Source of the DNA: Nitrosopumilus sp.
GTDB taxonomy: Archaea; Thermoproteota; Nitrososphaeria; Nitrososphaerales; Nitrosopumilaceae
Length of the DNA stretch: 64,000 bases
NCBI GenBank assembly: GCA_965205215.1
Contig: OZ242041.1
Location: 1,120,001-1,184,000 of the forward strand
Reading direction: 5' to 3'
Below, piece after piece: positions 19,075 through 29,580 of this stretch (positions are counted from its first letter, which is position 1; the number at the start of each line of letters is the position of its first letter). Made by a program: the position numbers and the translations under genes. A model generated the notes under the pieces. The model did not search any database, was not told the origin of the DNA, and was given only the letters and a program-made list of their open reading frames with translations.

Positions 19075-19731
19075 CTATCCCGGCGGAGCGCCGCCGTCGA
19101 CCCCTGTTATAGTCCTCATCCTGTCCAGATGCCCGTGGAACTCGTCTACGAACGACGAGAATCCGGCTATGGGCACTATGGGCACGTTGCCTACGAACTC
19201 TGTCTCGTGCCGGTACAGCGTCACTATGACCGGGGCCGCCACTGCGCCCGGCGTCTCGGCCACGTACCTGCGCGTGCGCTCGATCTGCTTTGAGACCGCG
19301 TCGGAGACGGCCGACGGGGTTGTGCGCTTCCAGTGCTTGCAGTCTACAAGCATCGCGACCCCCATGCGTATGCCCACCACGTCTATCTCGACCACGGGCT
19401 TTTTGAACCTCAGGTTCTTCATCACCGCAAAGTTTCTCGAGGCCAGTATCTCGCCGGCCAAGCCCTCAAAGTCCCTCCAGTCCATCTCTTCGGCTATCTC
19501 GTCTAGCCGCGCGGCCCCCTCCTCCAGCATCATTATCGCGGCCCGCAGGCGGTCCCCCTGCTCAAAGTGATACGCGCCGCCTACGGAGCGGCCGATCCCT
19601 GACTGCTCGAACCGGTCCAGTATCCTCCGCGCGTCTTGTACACCGACGCCGGTCACGGCGCTGTAATCCTTGGGGGACACGCCCCCCTGTATCATCCCGC
19701 GCAGTCCGCGTGCGGTCATCATGCCGGCCAT
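19075..19731 (-). CDS. Mrr-like PD-(D/E)XK restriction-endonuclease-fold protein
   Basis: 'WRDFEGL...EIDVVG...LVDCKHW'. Confidence 0.8.
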   Translation of the reverse strand: MAGMMTARGLRGMIQGGVSPKDYSAVTGVGVQDARRILDRFEQSGIGRSVGGAYHFEQGDRLRAAIMMLEEGAARLDEIAEEMDWRDFEGLAGEILASRNFAVMKNLRFKKPVVEIDVVGIRMGVAMLVDCKHWKRTTPSAVSDAVSKQIERTRRYVAETPGAVAAPVIVTLYRHETEFVGNVPIVPIAGFSSFVDEFHGHLDRMRTITGVDGGAPPG

Positions 19732-19889
19732 GGCCGTCGGGCGCGCCCTTGAGATATAATGGTTGATCGGTGTCTGCGCGGCATGCCCTCGGCGCTACGG
19801 CGGCCGGCCTGCACTGCCGCGTGGCGCGGCAGCGGAAAAAGGGAAGCTGCCGGGGGCGGGATCGTGTTCAATAGTTTTATTACAACAGG

Positions 19890-22694
19890 GTGGAATCGAC
19901 GCGCATGAATGGCGCGGCGCGCGGCAGTGACGGCTTGACTGGCGGCACCCCCCGCTCTGGGCTCTTTATCCCGTGCGCGGCCGCGCTGCTGTTAGCGCTG
20001 GCAGTCCAGGCCTCGCCGTGCGACGGTTTCTGCGAGGCCCGCGCCGACGGCGGCGCCACGTACGTGGACTCTGTGAGGTTCGTGCAGTACCTCGATGAGA
20101 ACACCGCGCTCGAGGAGGTGCGGGGCGGCGGCCTTGACATGTATTACTACCACGTCTCGTCTGACCAGCTCGAGTCGCACCAGTCGCGGCAGGGACTAAA
20201 CGTGCACGAGTCGACGGGCGGCTCTTACAGCATACTTGTAAACCCCGCAGTCTCCGAGTCCGCGTTCAACCCGTTCCAGGACAGGGACGTCCGCTTTGCG
20301 CTAAACTACCTGATAGACCGGCGCCTGGTCGTAAACGAGCTGATGGGCGGTTACGGCGTGCCGACAATATCCCACTACGGGCCCTACGATCCCGAGTACC
20401 TCACGGTCATCGGACGGCTTGCGGCCTTTGAGTTTGGGTACAATCCGGCGCTTGCCGAGCGGATGATATCCGACCGGATGCATGCGATGGGCGCGACCAG
20501 GGACGCGGGCAGCGGCGCGTGGATGGCAGGCTCCGAGCCCGTCTCCGTTTCGTTCTTCATACGGAGCGACGATCCCGTGCGAAAGTCGATAGGGGAGATA
20601 CTCGCGTCCGAGCTTGAGCGTATGGGATTCGCCGTACAGAAGGAGTTCGGCGACCTCAACAAGGCCTTCGTGGTGGTGTACGGCTCGGATCCGGCGGACC
20701 TGAAGTGGAGCCTGTACACGGAGGGGTGGGCAAAGTCCGCGTTCGTAAGGTATGACTCGACGGGACTCAGCCAGATGTACTCGCCGTGGTTCTCAAACAT
20801 GCCCGGGTTCAACGATCCCTCGTACTGGAACTACGAGAACGAGATGCTTGACAACGCGACCCAGCGCATCTACACGGGGGACTTTGAGGAGGAGGAGGAG
20901 CGCGCAGAGCTCATCCGGTCCGCCATCGCCGAGGGAGTCTCCGAGTCCGTCCGGATATTCATCGCGGGCAAGAACGTCCTGTACGTGACGCACGAGTCCG
21001 TCAGCGGGGTGGTAAACGACTTTGGCGCCGGGCTCCCGAGCCGGTTCACCCCGATAAACGCCAGGGTGGACTCGCCCGCGCCCGGGTCGCATGACGGTAG
21101 CGGCAGCAGCAGTGGCGGCGCCGCCGAAGGCGAGCTCCGCATAGGCGTCAAGCAGATCTACCAGGGATCGTGGAACCCCGTGATGGGGTTCAGGGACGCG
21201 TACAGCAGCCAGATCGGGACGCTCCTGTCGGATCCGGCAGTTTTTCTGCACCCGTATACGGGCAGCGTGATCCCGCTCCGCGCGGAGTGGAACGTCACTA
21301 CCGCGGGTCCCACGGGCGCCCTCGGCGTGGCCAGTGACGCCATCCTCTGGGATCCCGTGCAGCAGCAGTGGCGGGAGGTGGGCCCCGGGGTCAACGCGAC
21401 CAGCGTGGTGACGTTCCGTTACGCGCTGGGCAACTGGCACAGCGGCGCCGCGATGGACATGCTTGACATCGTCCACTCGCTGTACTTTGCAAAGGAGTGG
21501 GGGACGCATACGGGCCCCGACGACGCCACGTTTGACACGGAGTTTACGTCAGTCGCGGCCCCCAGCGTGCAGACCATAAAGGGGATCAGGCCGACCGGCC
21601 CTGACACCGTCGAGGTATACGTGGATTACTGGCACTTTGATGAGGGGCAGATCGCGCAGTGGGCGTCGCCGGGGGTCAGCATGCCCTGGGAGATGATTGC
21701 CGCAATGGAGGGCGTGGTGACCGACGGCAAGGCCTCGTTTTCGCGGTCCGGGGCCGCAAGCAAGGGCATCGGATGGCTCTCCGTAATCGTGCCCAACGAC
21801 TCTGCCATGATACGCGACGAGCTGGAGTCGATGAGGGACGCCAGGCATGTGCCTGCCGCGCTCGCGGACGCGGGGCCGCTTGCGGGGCTGGTCGGAGGCC
21901 CTGGCGGCGGTGGCGACGGCGGCGGCCAGCACTACTTCCAGTCGCGGTACGATTCTGCCATATCGTGGATCGACGATATGGGGCACGCCATGGTGGGCAA
22001 CGGGCCGTTCTATCTTGACTCGTATTCGCCGGAGTCCCGCAGCATCAGACTGATATCCTTTGGTGACGAGACGTACCCGTTTGAGCGCGGCAGCTGGTCG
22101 GGGTTTGAGCGCGCGGCGTTCCCGGAGATTGCGGGGGTGGATATCCGCGCAAGGCCCGTCGTGGCCGGGGGCGAGATGCGCGTGGATGTGTCCACCCGGG
22201 GGGCGGACTCCGTTCTGTATTTCGTGACAAGCGGGCGCGGCGAGGTCGTGTCGTCCGGGACGCTGCCTGTCACTGTTGCTGCCGCCGCTACCGACACAGG
22301 CGCCGCCGACGTGACCTCCGTCGTGATTGATTCTGGAGACACGAGACTCCTAAGCGAGGGGGCAAACACGGTGCGCATATTCGCCCTGTCAGAGACTGTC
22401 CTGAGGCCCGACATCTACGAGGCCGGGTTTCTGGCAGTATCGTCAGGCGGCGCGGATTCTGGTGCGGGAGGCGGCGGCGGTGACACCGACGCCGCTGTCT
22501 CCGGTATCGGCTCCCCTGATGTCCCGTCATTAGTGACACCGCTGCCGCCGCCGGATGTGGCCGCCGACGAGTCCTCCGTGCCGTATGCGGTTGCAGCCGG
22601 CCTGGCGCTGGCAGCACTCGTGGCCGCGGCGTACTGGGTGCGCAAAAGAAAGACGCAGGCCTCGGATGTGATGGCCGCCGCCTCCGGAAAATGA
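19890..22694 (+). CDS. ABC-type peptide/nickel substrate-binding protein with C-terminal membrane anchor
   Basis: 'NPFQDRDVRFALNYLIDR', 'GNGPFYL', C-terminal TM plus basic tail. Start codon uncertain. Confidence 0.88.
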   Translation: MESTRMNGAARGSDGLTGGTPRSGLFIPCAAALLLALAVQASPCDGFCEARADGGATYVDSVRFVQYLDENTALEEVRGGGLDMYYYHVSSDQLESHQSRQGLNVHESTGGSYSILVNPAVSESAFNPFQDRDVRFALNYLIDRRLVVNELMGGYGVPTISHYGPYDPEYLTVIGRLAAFEFGYNPALAERMISDRMHAMGATRDAGSGAWMAGSEPVSVSFFIRSDDPVRKSIGEILASELERMGFAVQKEFGDLNKAFVVVYGSDPADLKWSLYTEGWAKSAFVRYDSTGLSQMYSPWFSNMPGFNDPSYWNYENEMLDNATQRIYTGDFEEEEERAELIRSAIAEGVSESVRIFIAGKNVLYVTHESVSGVVNDFGAGLPSRFTPINARVDSPAPGSHDGSGSSSGGAAEGELRIGVKQIYQGSWNPVMGFRDAYSSQIGTLLSDPAVFLHPYTGSVIPLRAEWNVTTAGPTGALGVASDAILWDPVQQQWREVGPGVNATSVVTFRYALGNWHSGAAMDMLDIVHSLYFAKEWGTHTGPDDATFDTEFTSVAAPSVQTIKGIRPTGPDTVEVYVDYWHFDEGQIAQWASPGVSMPWEMIAAMEGVVTDGKASFSRSGAASKGIGWLSVIVPNDSAMIRDELESMRDARHVPAALADAGPLAGLVGGPGGGGDGGGQHYFQSRYDSAISWIDDMGHAMVGNGPFYLDSYSPESRSIRLISFGDETYPFERGSWSGFERAAFPEIAGVDIRARPVVAGGEMRVDVSTRGADSVLYFVTSGRGEVVSSGTLPVTVAAAATDTGAADVTSVVIDSGDTRLLSEGANTVRIFALSETVLRPDIYEAGFLAVSSGGADSGAGGGGGDTDAAVSGIGSPDVPSLVTPLPPPDVAADESSVPYAVAAGLALAALVAAAYWVRKRKTQASDVMAAASGK

Positions 22695-22778
22695 CGCCCG
22701 CGCATGCCCGTGCAGCTGATGTCTGCCGGCTCCGATGCTCGCGTCCCCCCAAGGACGTTCACGCAGCGGCGTTCCCAC

Positions 22779-23336
22779 TCATGCCAGCCCGTACCCTGCC
22801 GCTATCTCCGACGCGTCATCCTGTTTTGTCATTGCTGCATACTCTGCCAGAATGTTGCGGTTCAGGTCGTAAAACGTGTGGCCCCACCTGAACCTGCCAA
22901 GCACGTCGTGGGCCATATCGTCGTATCCCATGATGAACAGCGAGGCCGCTATGGCCTCTGCAGTCGTCAGCATGCCTACCTTTGCATAGTTTACGGGGTT
23001 TCCCGCAAGGAGCGGCGGTAGGCGCCTTGAGGATCCCGCGTCGTACCGCCGCGTCGCGCCGCCGGCTCCTCTTTCTCTTTTGCGCACTCCTTCCGCATCG
23101 TGGGGCGCGCCAAACTCCCCTCCTGCAAGCCTCCATGAGCAGTCCACTCCGACTACCGCCCCTGCTGTTCGTCCGTCAGACGGCATCAGTATGGTGTCGC
23201 TGTAGGGGTTCAGTATTATGGCCCTGCGGCCGTGCGGCACCCCCCTGATCTTGCGCGCAATGCCCGCCTTGAGTAGGCGCGCCGCGGTGCACTTTTTGGG
23301 ATCATCCTGGTATCTCATCAGGACATCTACTCTCAT
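22779..23336 (-). CDS. tsr3: rRNA aminocarboxypropyltransferase Tsr3
   Basis: 'QDDPKKCTA', 'VDCSW', 'RRLPPLLAGNPVNYAK...LTTAEA', 'FRWGHTF'. Confidence 0.95.
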   Translation of the reverse strand: MRVDVLMRYQDDPKKCTAARLLKAGIARKIRGVPHGRRAIILNPYSDTILMPSDGRTAGAVVGVDCSWRLAGGEFGAPHDAEGVRKRERGAGGATRRYDAGSSRRLPPLLAGNPVNYAKVGMLTTAEAIAASLFIMGYDDMAHDVLGRFRWGHTFYDLNRNILAEYAAMTKQDDASEIAAGYGLA

Positions 23337-23615
23337 CGCGCGGCGTGGGCCGCCTTCATATTTGATGCTTTTCTGGGTTCTACTGCGAATTCATGAGCTG
23401 CTGACCGGCAGGCGTCCGTATGAGTTTTTGTCTACACGCGTGAGGGTTGCGGCGGCCGTATCATACGTGTGGAGAAGCGCGAGTGTGGTTTTGCAGTCGG
23501 GGTTAATGAACACTGGGGGTGTGACTAGGATATGATGGTAATTGTCCGCGCCACATAATCGCAACTATGGTTGCCCGCCATATTTAAACAAAAATAAAAA
23601 ATGAAGAGAATTGAA

Positions 23616-23942
23616 CTAGTCGTACTGCTGAGAGAGGTTTCGTATTGTATTCTCTATGTCCGCGGGGGTGGCATCGCCCAAGAAACCTGACTTGAGCGAC
23701 GTGCCGTCATGTTTCAAGAACCCGTAGTGGCCGTCTAGAACGTCTTCTCCATCGATCTTATCTATGAAGAATATGCCCGATTCATCACCTTCGTAGGAAA
23801 TGGAGTTGTCATACCGCACCTGTATCCTCTCGCCATTTTCGGTCACTATGGAATCTAGATTGTCCCTGACCTGCACGGTTCCGTACAAGTTGCCCTTGAT
23901 GAATTCGCTCACCTGACTTGCTGTGCGATGTTGGAATCTCAC
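23616..23942 (-). CDS. Hypothetical protein, possibly a 5'-truncated fragment
   Basis: Protein-like composition, lower GC, 4-bp overlap with the stop of the upstream gene. No recognised motif. Confidence 0.45.
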   Translation of the reverse strand: MRFQHRTASQVSEFIKGNLYGTVQVRDNLDSIVTENGERIQVRYDNSISYEGDESGIFFIDKIDGEDVLDGHYGFLKHDGTSLKSGFLGDATPADIENTIRNLSQQYD

Positions 23943-25693
23943 CTGCTTATGATGCCTTCCATTATCAGGTACTGTATGCCTGACACGAATGACCCATCGT
24001 CAATCTGGCCGTCGGCCCACCATCCGGCGTTGGTCTTTATCCATGGCGGTATGGTCGCAGCACTGGCCTCCGCGCTGCTGCTGTCGTCAACGGATGGCAC
24101 CACCAGTATACCGTTCTGCATCAGGTATTCCAGCGCCGTCACGAACGTGGCATCGTCAATCTGGCCGTCGGCCCACCATCCGGCGTTGGCCTTTATCCAT
24201 GGCGGAATCTCTGCCGCCATATCGGCTGTGGGGTCTGGGGTTCCAGCGTTTGGCGCCGTGATGATTGTGCCCAGCTGCTGCTGACTGGGCCCGATCTCTA
24301 CAAGTCCCGAACCTATGCCCGAGTACGTTGGGTCGTAGTCCAGTCCAGTCCCGTACGCTATGACGTCTATCCTGATCAGGCCCTCTGACGGGATTCTGAT
24401 GGTCTGGACGTCTATGCCCTCTGTGGAGAGTATGCCCGTGTTGAGGGGGTCGTCTCCGGAGAACCTTGCGATCTCATTGCCTGACTCGTCGCTTACGATA
24501 TACCCGTACCACACGTCCTTGATCAACTGCCCGTCCTGGTCAAGAAAAGTGAATTCAAACGGTACGTCGTCACCGGCGCCGTACTTGACATCCCACGATA
24601 CTTTCACGGTAGTCTGGGTGGGGCTGCTCATGGTCTCAAGGTCCACCAGATAAAACTCCGTAGATCTGGTGGTGGTCTCTTCGAGCGGAACCAGCTTCAG
24701 GTTCATATTCTTGCTCTCAAACCTGTCGTGTTCCATGTTCGCACTGATCCTTTGCAGCTCACTGTTGGTTATCAAGAAATGCACCACGTTGGTGTCACTG
24801 TATGAGTATGGATCATTTAGCAGCGTGCCCTGTTTTATCTCGACCCCGTTTACGTAGCCGCGAAACTGCTTGCCCTCCGCGTACGGCGCAAAACCCTTGG
24901 GGAACCTGACCTCTTCGTGCACCATCGGCACCAGATCCACGTACTCCGGGGTCCAGTCAAAGGCCATGTCAAACTCGATCGAGTCGTCCGCCGGATCAAA
25001 TGCAAAGTTCCGGACATCGTCATAGTACGTCTTGATTACGACCGGGATCTCCTCGGCGTGGGCGGCCTGCATGACAAAGTCCTGCTCTTGCGCGATGCTC
25101 ACAAACGTGTCGTAGCTCAGCCTCTCTGCAATCTGCACCTTGGGGCTTGTTGCCCCCTCTATGTCGACGCGTACGTGGTACAGGCCGCCTTTTTCTAATA
25201 CGGGCCCTGTTATGGTGGGCCTGGCGCATATGTCATAGTTGTCGCCATTGCACGGTTCGCCGTACACGGACAGCGCGCCGGGCGAGCCTGCACTCTTCGA
25301 TCCGCCATACACGCTGCATCGCCACAACTTCTCCTGGTCGCAGTCTGGGTTGGGGCGTATCTCCACGTCCAGTTGTCCGTCGGGGTCGTAAAACAGGCTT
25401 CTTGCCAGCAGATCCCCTCCGCGCGATATCGACACCCTGTATGTAACTTTTTCAAGCGTGGTGTCCGTCAGCGTGTCAAAGAACCTGATCTTCATGTTGA
25501 TGTCGTCTATGTCCCCTATCGTGATGTCAGACGGCGTGATGTCTGTTCGAACCGTCACATTCATGCCCGCAAAACTGATCGGAGGCGCCTGGTCGCCGCC
25601 CGGTCCGTGTCCGGATGCTGGCTGGGACGCCATTGGAATGACAAGCATGGTTGCGGCTACTGCCGTTATAGCCACAAAACGCAAGCGCAACAA
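23939..25693 (-). CDS. Secreted thaumarchaeal protein with two C-terminal 'IPPWIK.NAGWWADGQIDD' domains
   Basis: Signal peptide and a duplicated thaumarchaeal C-terminal domain. Confidence 0.85.
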   Translation of the reverse strand: MLRLRFVAITAVAATMLVIPMASQPASGHGPGGDQAPPISFAGMNVTVRTDITPSDITIGDIDDINMKIRFFDTLTDTTLEKVTYRVSISRGGDLLARSLFYDPDGQLDVEIRPNPDCDQEKLWRCSVYGGSKSAGSPGALSVYGEPCNGDNYDICARPTITGPVLEKGGLYHVRVDIEGATSPKVQIAERLSYDTFVSIAQEQDFVMQAAHAEEIPVVIKTYYDDVRNFAFDPADDSIEFDMAFDWTPEYVDLVPMVHEEVRFPKGFAPYAEGKQFRGYVNGVEIKQGTLLNDPYSYSDTNVVHFLITNSELQRISANMEHDRFESKNMNLKLVPLEETTTRSTEFYLVDLETMSSPTQTTVKVSWDVKYGAGDDVPFEFTFLDQDGQLIKDVWYGYIVSDESGNEIARFSGDDPLNTGILSTEGIDVQTIRIPSEGLIRIDVIAYGTGLDYDPTYSGIGSGLVEIGPSQQQLGTIITAPNAGTPDPTADMAAEIPPWIKANAGWWADGQIDDATFVTALEYLMQNGILVVPSVDDSSSAEASAATIPPWIKTNAGWWADGQIDDGSFVSGIQYLIMEGIISR

Positions 25694-25750
25694 TGTGCAT
25701 TTAGTAGTTCCAAATTGTATTTAAACAAAGGCCGCGCCGCCGCTACTGGC

Positions 25751-25960
25751 TAGAGTGACGATCATTGAAAATTCCACTTCATACGTAGCGGTACAGAAAT
25801 TTGTGGATGTCGAGCATGATTGAACACGTCCTGAAATATTCGGACACCGCGCGTGCCAAGTCCTCCGGTGCCTCATAGTGTTCGGAAGTGACAAGCCTAT
25901 TTTGCATCACTCCAGACGGACTCGACTGCGCCGGGCGGGTACGGGATCTCCATTCTAGGT
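25751..25960 (-). pseudogene. IS630-family transposase C-terminal remnant with probable element end
   Basis: Minus strand reads 'YPPG-AVESVWSDAK / RLVTSEHYEAPEDLARAVSEYFRTCSIMLDIHKFLYRYV*' across a frameshift. This resembles the IS630 'LP..SP.LN..E..W...K' C-terminus. TA dinucleotide at 25751. Confidence 0.6.
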
Positions 25961-26200
25961 ACTGTTTTCAATTCGTGGTATGTTGCTGTCATGGACTGGG
26001 TCACAAATTGGAAGAAGAATTCTTTTCTTTTGGGCTGTGCCGCGCGGCCCCGTGACGCCGGCTGCGCCCTCAACAAAATACAGCACCTGTTCGTAACAAG
26101 CCCGCCCCTGCGAGGTCCGCAGGGCAAGGAATCCTGACTGGGAACTGACAATGCGCCGGGAGGATCATTAGGACTGATGCCGCGCGGCCGCGCCCGGCCG

Positions 26201-27541
26201 CTACACTGCCGCAAACGGGTCGGCTGACTGGTCGCGTGACGTGTACGTGCGGCCCCGCCATGAAAGCGACGGGTTGGGGCGCACGAGGCCCGCGAGGAAC
26301 CCCGCCGCGACTACGAGGCCGCCTACCGGCGCAAGCAGCCCGTACGGCACGCCTATGTCCAGGCCCGTCCTCGACTCCAGGACGGCCCCCGCCCAGACCA
26401 GGGCGGATGCCACCGCGCTGGCGGACGCGGCCAGGACTGCGGGGACGAGGCCCGCCCACGGCCCGCCCGATGCGGCGGCGACGGCGGCGGGAATGACGGT
26501 ACCTGGGAGAGCCAGAAACGGCGCAAACAGCAGGAACGTGACCGCGGCCGCAATGCCGGCCGCGGTGCGCAGCCCGTACTGCGTGCGCAATGGAATCATC
26601 AGCCTCTTTAGCGCATTCCACAGCGTGTGCCCGTCCCGGGCCCAGACGGCCTCGATCAGGTGCTCGCCCCGTAGCATCAGCATGCGGTGCCCCGCCTCCT
26701 TTGTGCGGCGGCCCAGCGCGCCGTCCTCTATCATCTCGCCCCTGACGCCCTCGTGCGCGCCGACTGACAGGTACGTTTCGCGCCTTATGATGAAAAAGCT
26801 CCCAAAAAAGTAGCCGGTCTTGCTGTCCGGACTGTTGACGTTGAGTGCAGAGAACCGCGTGTGGAGAAAGACCGATATCATGGGCAGCGTGGCCCTGGTC
26901 CAGAACTCGGGTGCAAGCATCCGCGGCATCACCGTCAGCGCGTCGAGCCGGCCCCCGAGCAGGCGGCGCACGGCGAGGCCGATCATCCCCTTTGTGTGGC
27001 GCGTGTCGGCGTCCGTGAACAGCAGCAGGCCGCCCTTGGCCCTGCGGTACCCCTCCATGCAGGCCCAGTTCTTTCCCATCCAGCCGTCAGGCTTTGGCTT
27101 GGCAGAGACGGGCACGATCACGCCGGGGTGGCGTCGGGCGCACCGCTTGATTATGTTCATGGTATCGTCACCAGACGAGTCGTCGATTGCGACGATCTCG
27201 TAGTTTGGATAGTCTTGGACGGCGAGCGACTCGAGGCAGCGCTCTATGTAACCCTCCTCGTTGCGGGCCGGGAGTATGACAGACACCATCGGGCTGTCGG
27301 CGGGGCCGGGGGCGGTGGTGGTGGGTTTGGCACTGTCTTTGCCGCCACTATTACCACTACCACTACCACCATCATACTCACCGTCACTCTCATCATAATC
27401 GTCATCAAGGTACGGGACCAGCCTGAACGTGGCCGACATCGAGCGTATCAGGTACACCCAGGCGCCTGCCACGCATGTCATGATGGCCGCAACGGCGCAG
27501 AGCGCCACGTCTGCCGCAAGGGTCTCAGACATTGCGCGCAT
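26201..27541 (-). CDS. Glycosyltransferase family 2, membrane-bound
   Basis: 'VSVILPARNEE', 'DDSSGD', 'GWMGKNWAC', 'FTDAD', 'EDGALG'. Confidence 0.93.
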   Translation of the reverse strand: MRAMSETLAADVALCAVAAIMTCVAGAWVYLIRSMSATFRLVPYLDDDYDESDGEYDGGSGSGNSGGKDSAKPTTTAPGPADSPMVSVILPARNEEGYIERCLESLAVQDYPNYEIVAIDDSSGDDTMNIIKRCARRHPGVIVPVSAKPKPDGWMGKNWACMEGYRRAKGGLLLFTDADTRHTKGMIGLAVRRLLGGRLDALTVMPRMLAPEFWTRATLPMISVFLHTRFSALNVNSPDSKTGYFFGSFFIIRRETYLSVGAHEGVRGEMIEDGALGRRTKEAGHRMLMLRGEHLIEAVWARDGHTLWNALKRLMIPLRTQYGLRTAAGIAAAVTFLLFAPFLALPGTVIPAAVAAASGGPWAGLVPAVLAASASAVASALVWAGAVLESRTGLDIGVPYGLLAPVGGLVVAAGFLAGLVRPNPSLSWRGRTYTSRDQSADPFAAV

Positions 27542-27969
27542 CACACCGACTTTTCCGCGGCCTCCTTGATGGACTGCATGGCCATCTCGGTGCCGTTTCT
27601 GATGTGTCCCTTTAGCATGCCCGTAAACATGCCCATCATGCCGGTCATCTTGACGTCCCATACGGTGCGGAGCAGCACAGAGCCGTCGCCGCCGCGCTGC
27701 TCCATGCTGACTGTCTTTGTGCCCTTTATGATCCCGTCCGTGAAGACCGCCTCGATCTTTTCTTCCGGGTACAGGATCACGTCCTGCATGCACTTTTGGT
27801 CCCGGAACGCAATCGTAATCTCGCGGCGAATTGTGTTTTCCTGCCTTGAGATATTGCGGACGGACTTTGTGCCCTTCCAGTACGTGGGCTCGTTGTCGAC
27901 GTCGGATATGATCTTCCAGACCGTGCCGGGCGGCGCCCGTATCTCGACGTCCACTACGATCTCTGCCAT
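27541..27969 (-). CDS. SRPBCC/polyketide cyclase-dehydrase family protein
   Basis: 'VEIRAPPGTVWKIISDVDNEPTYW', a START-like fold pattern. Confidence 0.85.
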   Translation of the reverse strand: MAEIVVDVEIRAPPGTVWKIISDVDNEPTYWKGTKSVRNISRQENTIRREITIAFRDQKCMQDVILYPEEKIEAVFTDGIIKGTKTVSMEQRGGDGSVLLRTVWDVKMTGMMGMFTGMLKGHIRNGTEMAMQSIKEAAEKSV

Positions 27970-28135
27970 GGTGGTACGGTAAACCGCATTAAATATATTA
28001 GATTCCGCCACTGCACATGCAGGCTGTGATGGGCACCACGCCTAAAATCCAGAACAGTAACTCCGGTTCTAACGGCGTGTGCCATTCTTCCGTCACAGCC
28101 ATCACTTAAAATGACCCCTTGCCGCGGCACCCAAC

Positions 28136-28363
28136 GTGGCGCCAAGGGGCAGAAGCGGCAGAAAAAAGATACGCACGTTTGACGGCCCCTCGTTCTGGAA
28201 GAACGCGTACGCGCACCAGAGGGCGGCGCTGCTGCGCATGGTCGGCGTGCCGGAGGACAAGGTTGCAGAGATGTCGAGCTCCGCGTATCTGGACCTCCCG
28301 GTTGACGCCAGATACGACATAGAGACCTCGCCGGACGTGGACGTGCGCGGAATACTGGACTGA
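28136..28363 (+). CDS. Conserved thaumarchaeal hypothetical protein
   Basis: 'FWKNAYAHQR...RYDIETS'. TTAAAA box ~25 bp upstream. Confidence 0.7.
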   Translation: MAPRGRSGRKKIRTFDGPSFWKNAYAHQRAALLRMVGVPEDKVAEMSSSAYLDLPVDARYDIETSPDVDVRGILD

Positions 28364-28485
28364 GTGCCGCGCGCAGATGCGGGCAGTGCGGGTCCTGCTA
28401 CTGCTGTTGCTGCCGCCTCCTCCACCACCGTCCTATGCAGGCGCGCAAGCGAAATTCATTTTAAGGCACCTGCGTGCCGCAACAC

Positions 28486-28815
28486 ATGGAGCTTGCAAGT
28501 TATGGGGATTTTGCAAAGTTGGACATACGGGTGGCAAAAGTGACTGACGCCAAGCCCATAGAGGGAAAGACGCGCATAATGGAGGGGCGCGTCGACCTGG
28601 GCGGCGGCGACGAGCGCAGTGTGATAATCGGAGGCGCCCAGTACCATACCCCGGAGGACATGATCGGGAAGACCGTTATCGTAATAGCCAACTTGGAGCC
28701 AAAGAGGGTGGCAGGCATCGAGTCGGACGCCATGCTTCTTGCCGCAGACGTGGATGACAGGCCGGTCTGGCTGACGCCGTCCGGCGAGGCCCCTGTCGGG
28801 GCGCCGGTCAAGTAA
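28486..28815 (+). CDS. tRNA-binding domain protein (CsaA/Trbp111/MetRS C-terminal-like)
   Basis: 'DFAKLDIRVAKV...VIANLEPKRVAGIESDAMLL'. Confidence 0.92.
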   Translation: MELASYGDFAKLDIRVAKVTDAKPIEGKTRIMEGRVDLGGGDERSVIIGGAQYHTPEDMIGKTVIVIANLEPKRVAGIESDAMLLAADVDDRPVWLTPSGEAPVGAPVK

Positions 28816-28850
28816 CTGCGGCGGTAGGATCCGCACTCGCAACGCGCACC

Positions 28851-29411
28851 CTACTCGTACGCCATCAGATCGTACTCCTCCAGCATGGAGTGGAGGTTGT
28901 TGACCGAGCGGTCGACGTCGGCCTCTTTTTTTGCGCCCGTGCAGACCAGCTTGCCGGAGGAGAACAGCAGTATGACGGTCTTCGGGTCTAGCGTGCGGTG
29001 GATCAGCCCCGGGAATTGCTCTGGCTCGTACATGCTGCGGGGCAGCGAGCGCGCGGCCTGCTCCAGGTGGATCCGCCCGCCCAGGTTTATCGAGGCTACT
29101 ATGTTCTGAATCTCCACCGTGGCCTCGTTTTTGACGCTTATGCCCCCCTTGCGCAGCCTCTGCACCACGGTCTTGACGGCCTTTCTTGCCAGCTTCTCGG
29201 ACTTGGAGCCGGTGCATACCATCTTGCCGGAGGTGAATATCAGGGTGGCAGTCTTCGGGGTCCGGAGCCGGAACACCAGCCCGGGAAACTGGTCGGGATG
29301 GTACTCGACGTCCGGAAAGGTGCGCGTAATCTCGTTGAGGTCCATCGGCTGGTCTACTGAGGCGGATGCGACCACGTTCTCCACGCGGATTACGGGCTTG
29401 GTCTGCGGCAT
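28851..29411 (-). CDS. tbp: TATA-box binding protein
   Basis: Two repeats 'ENVVAS..YHPDQFPGLVFR..LIFTSGKMVCTG' and 'YEPEQFPGLI..LFSSGKLVCTG'. Confidence 0.98.
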   Translation of the reverse strand: MPQTKPVIRVENVVASASVDQPMDLNEITRTFPDVEYHPDQFPGLVFRLRTPKTATLIFTSGKMVCTGSKSEKLARKAVKTVVQRLRKGGISVKNEATVEIQNIVASINLGGRIHLEQAARSLPRSMYEPEQFPGLIHRTLDPKTVILLFSSGKLVCTGAKKEADVDRSVNNLHSMLEEYDLMAYE

Positions 29412-29580
29412 GCCATGTGTGCACAAACCGCATAATAAAAGGACTCGCCGACCCCGGATGCAGTAATCCCGGTGGCGGAAGGAGGGGGGGGGGCAGAAGA
29501 GGTGGACGGCCGCCATGTCATGGCGGCGCAGGTCCGCCCTTTCGAATCATTTATGTTGAAAACGGTCCCTGCGCACTCCA

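Noticed and set aside
19075-19731. Mrr-like nuclease as part of a novel defence system
   Set aside because: Host-like GC and core-gene context. It appears to be an ordinary conserved thaumarchaeal gene.
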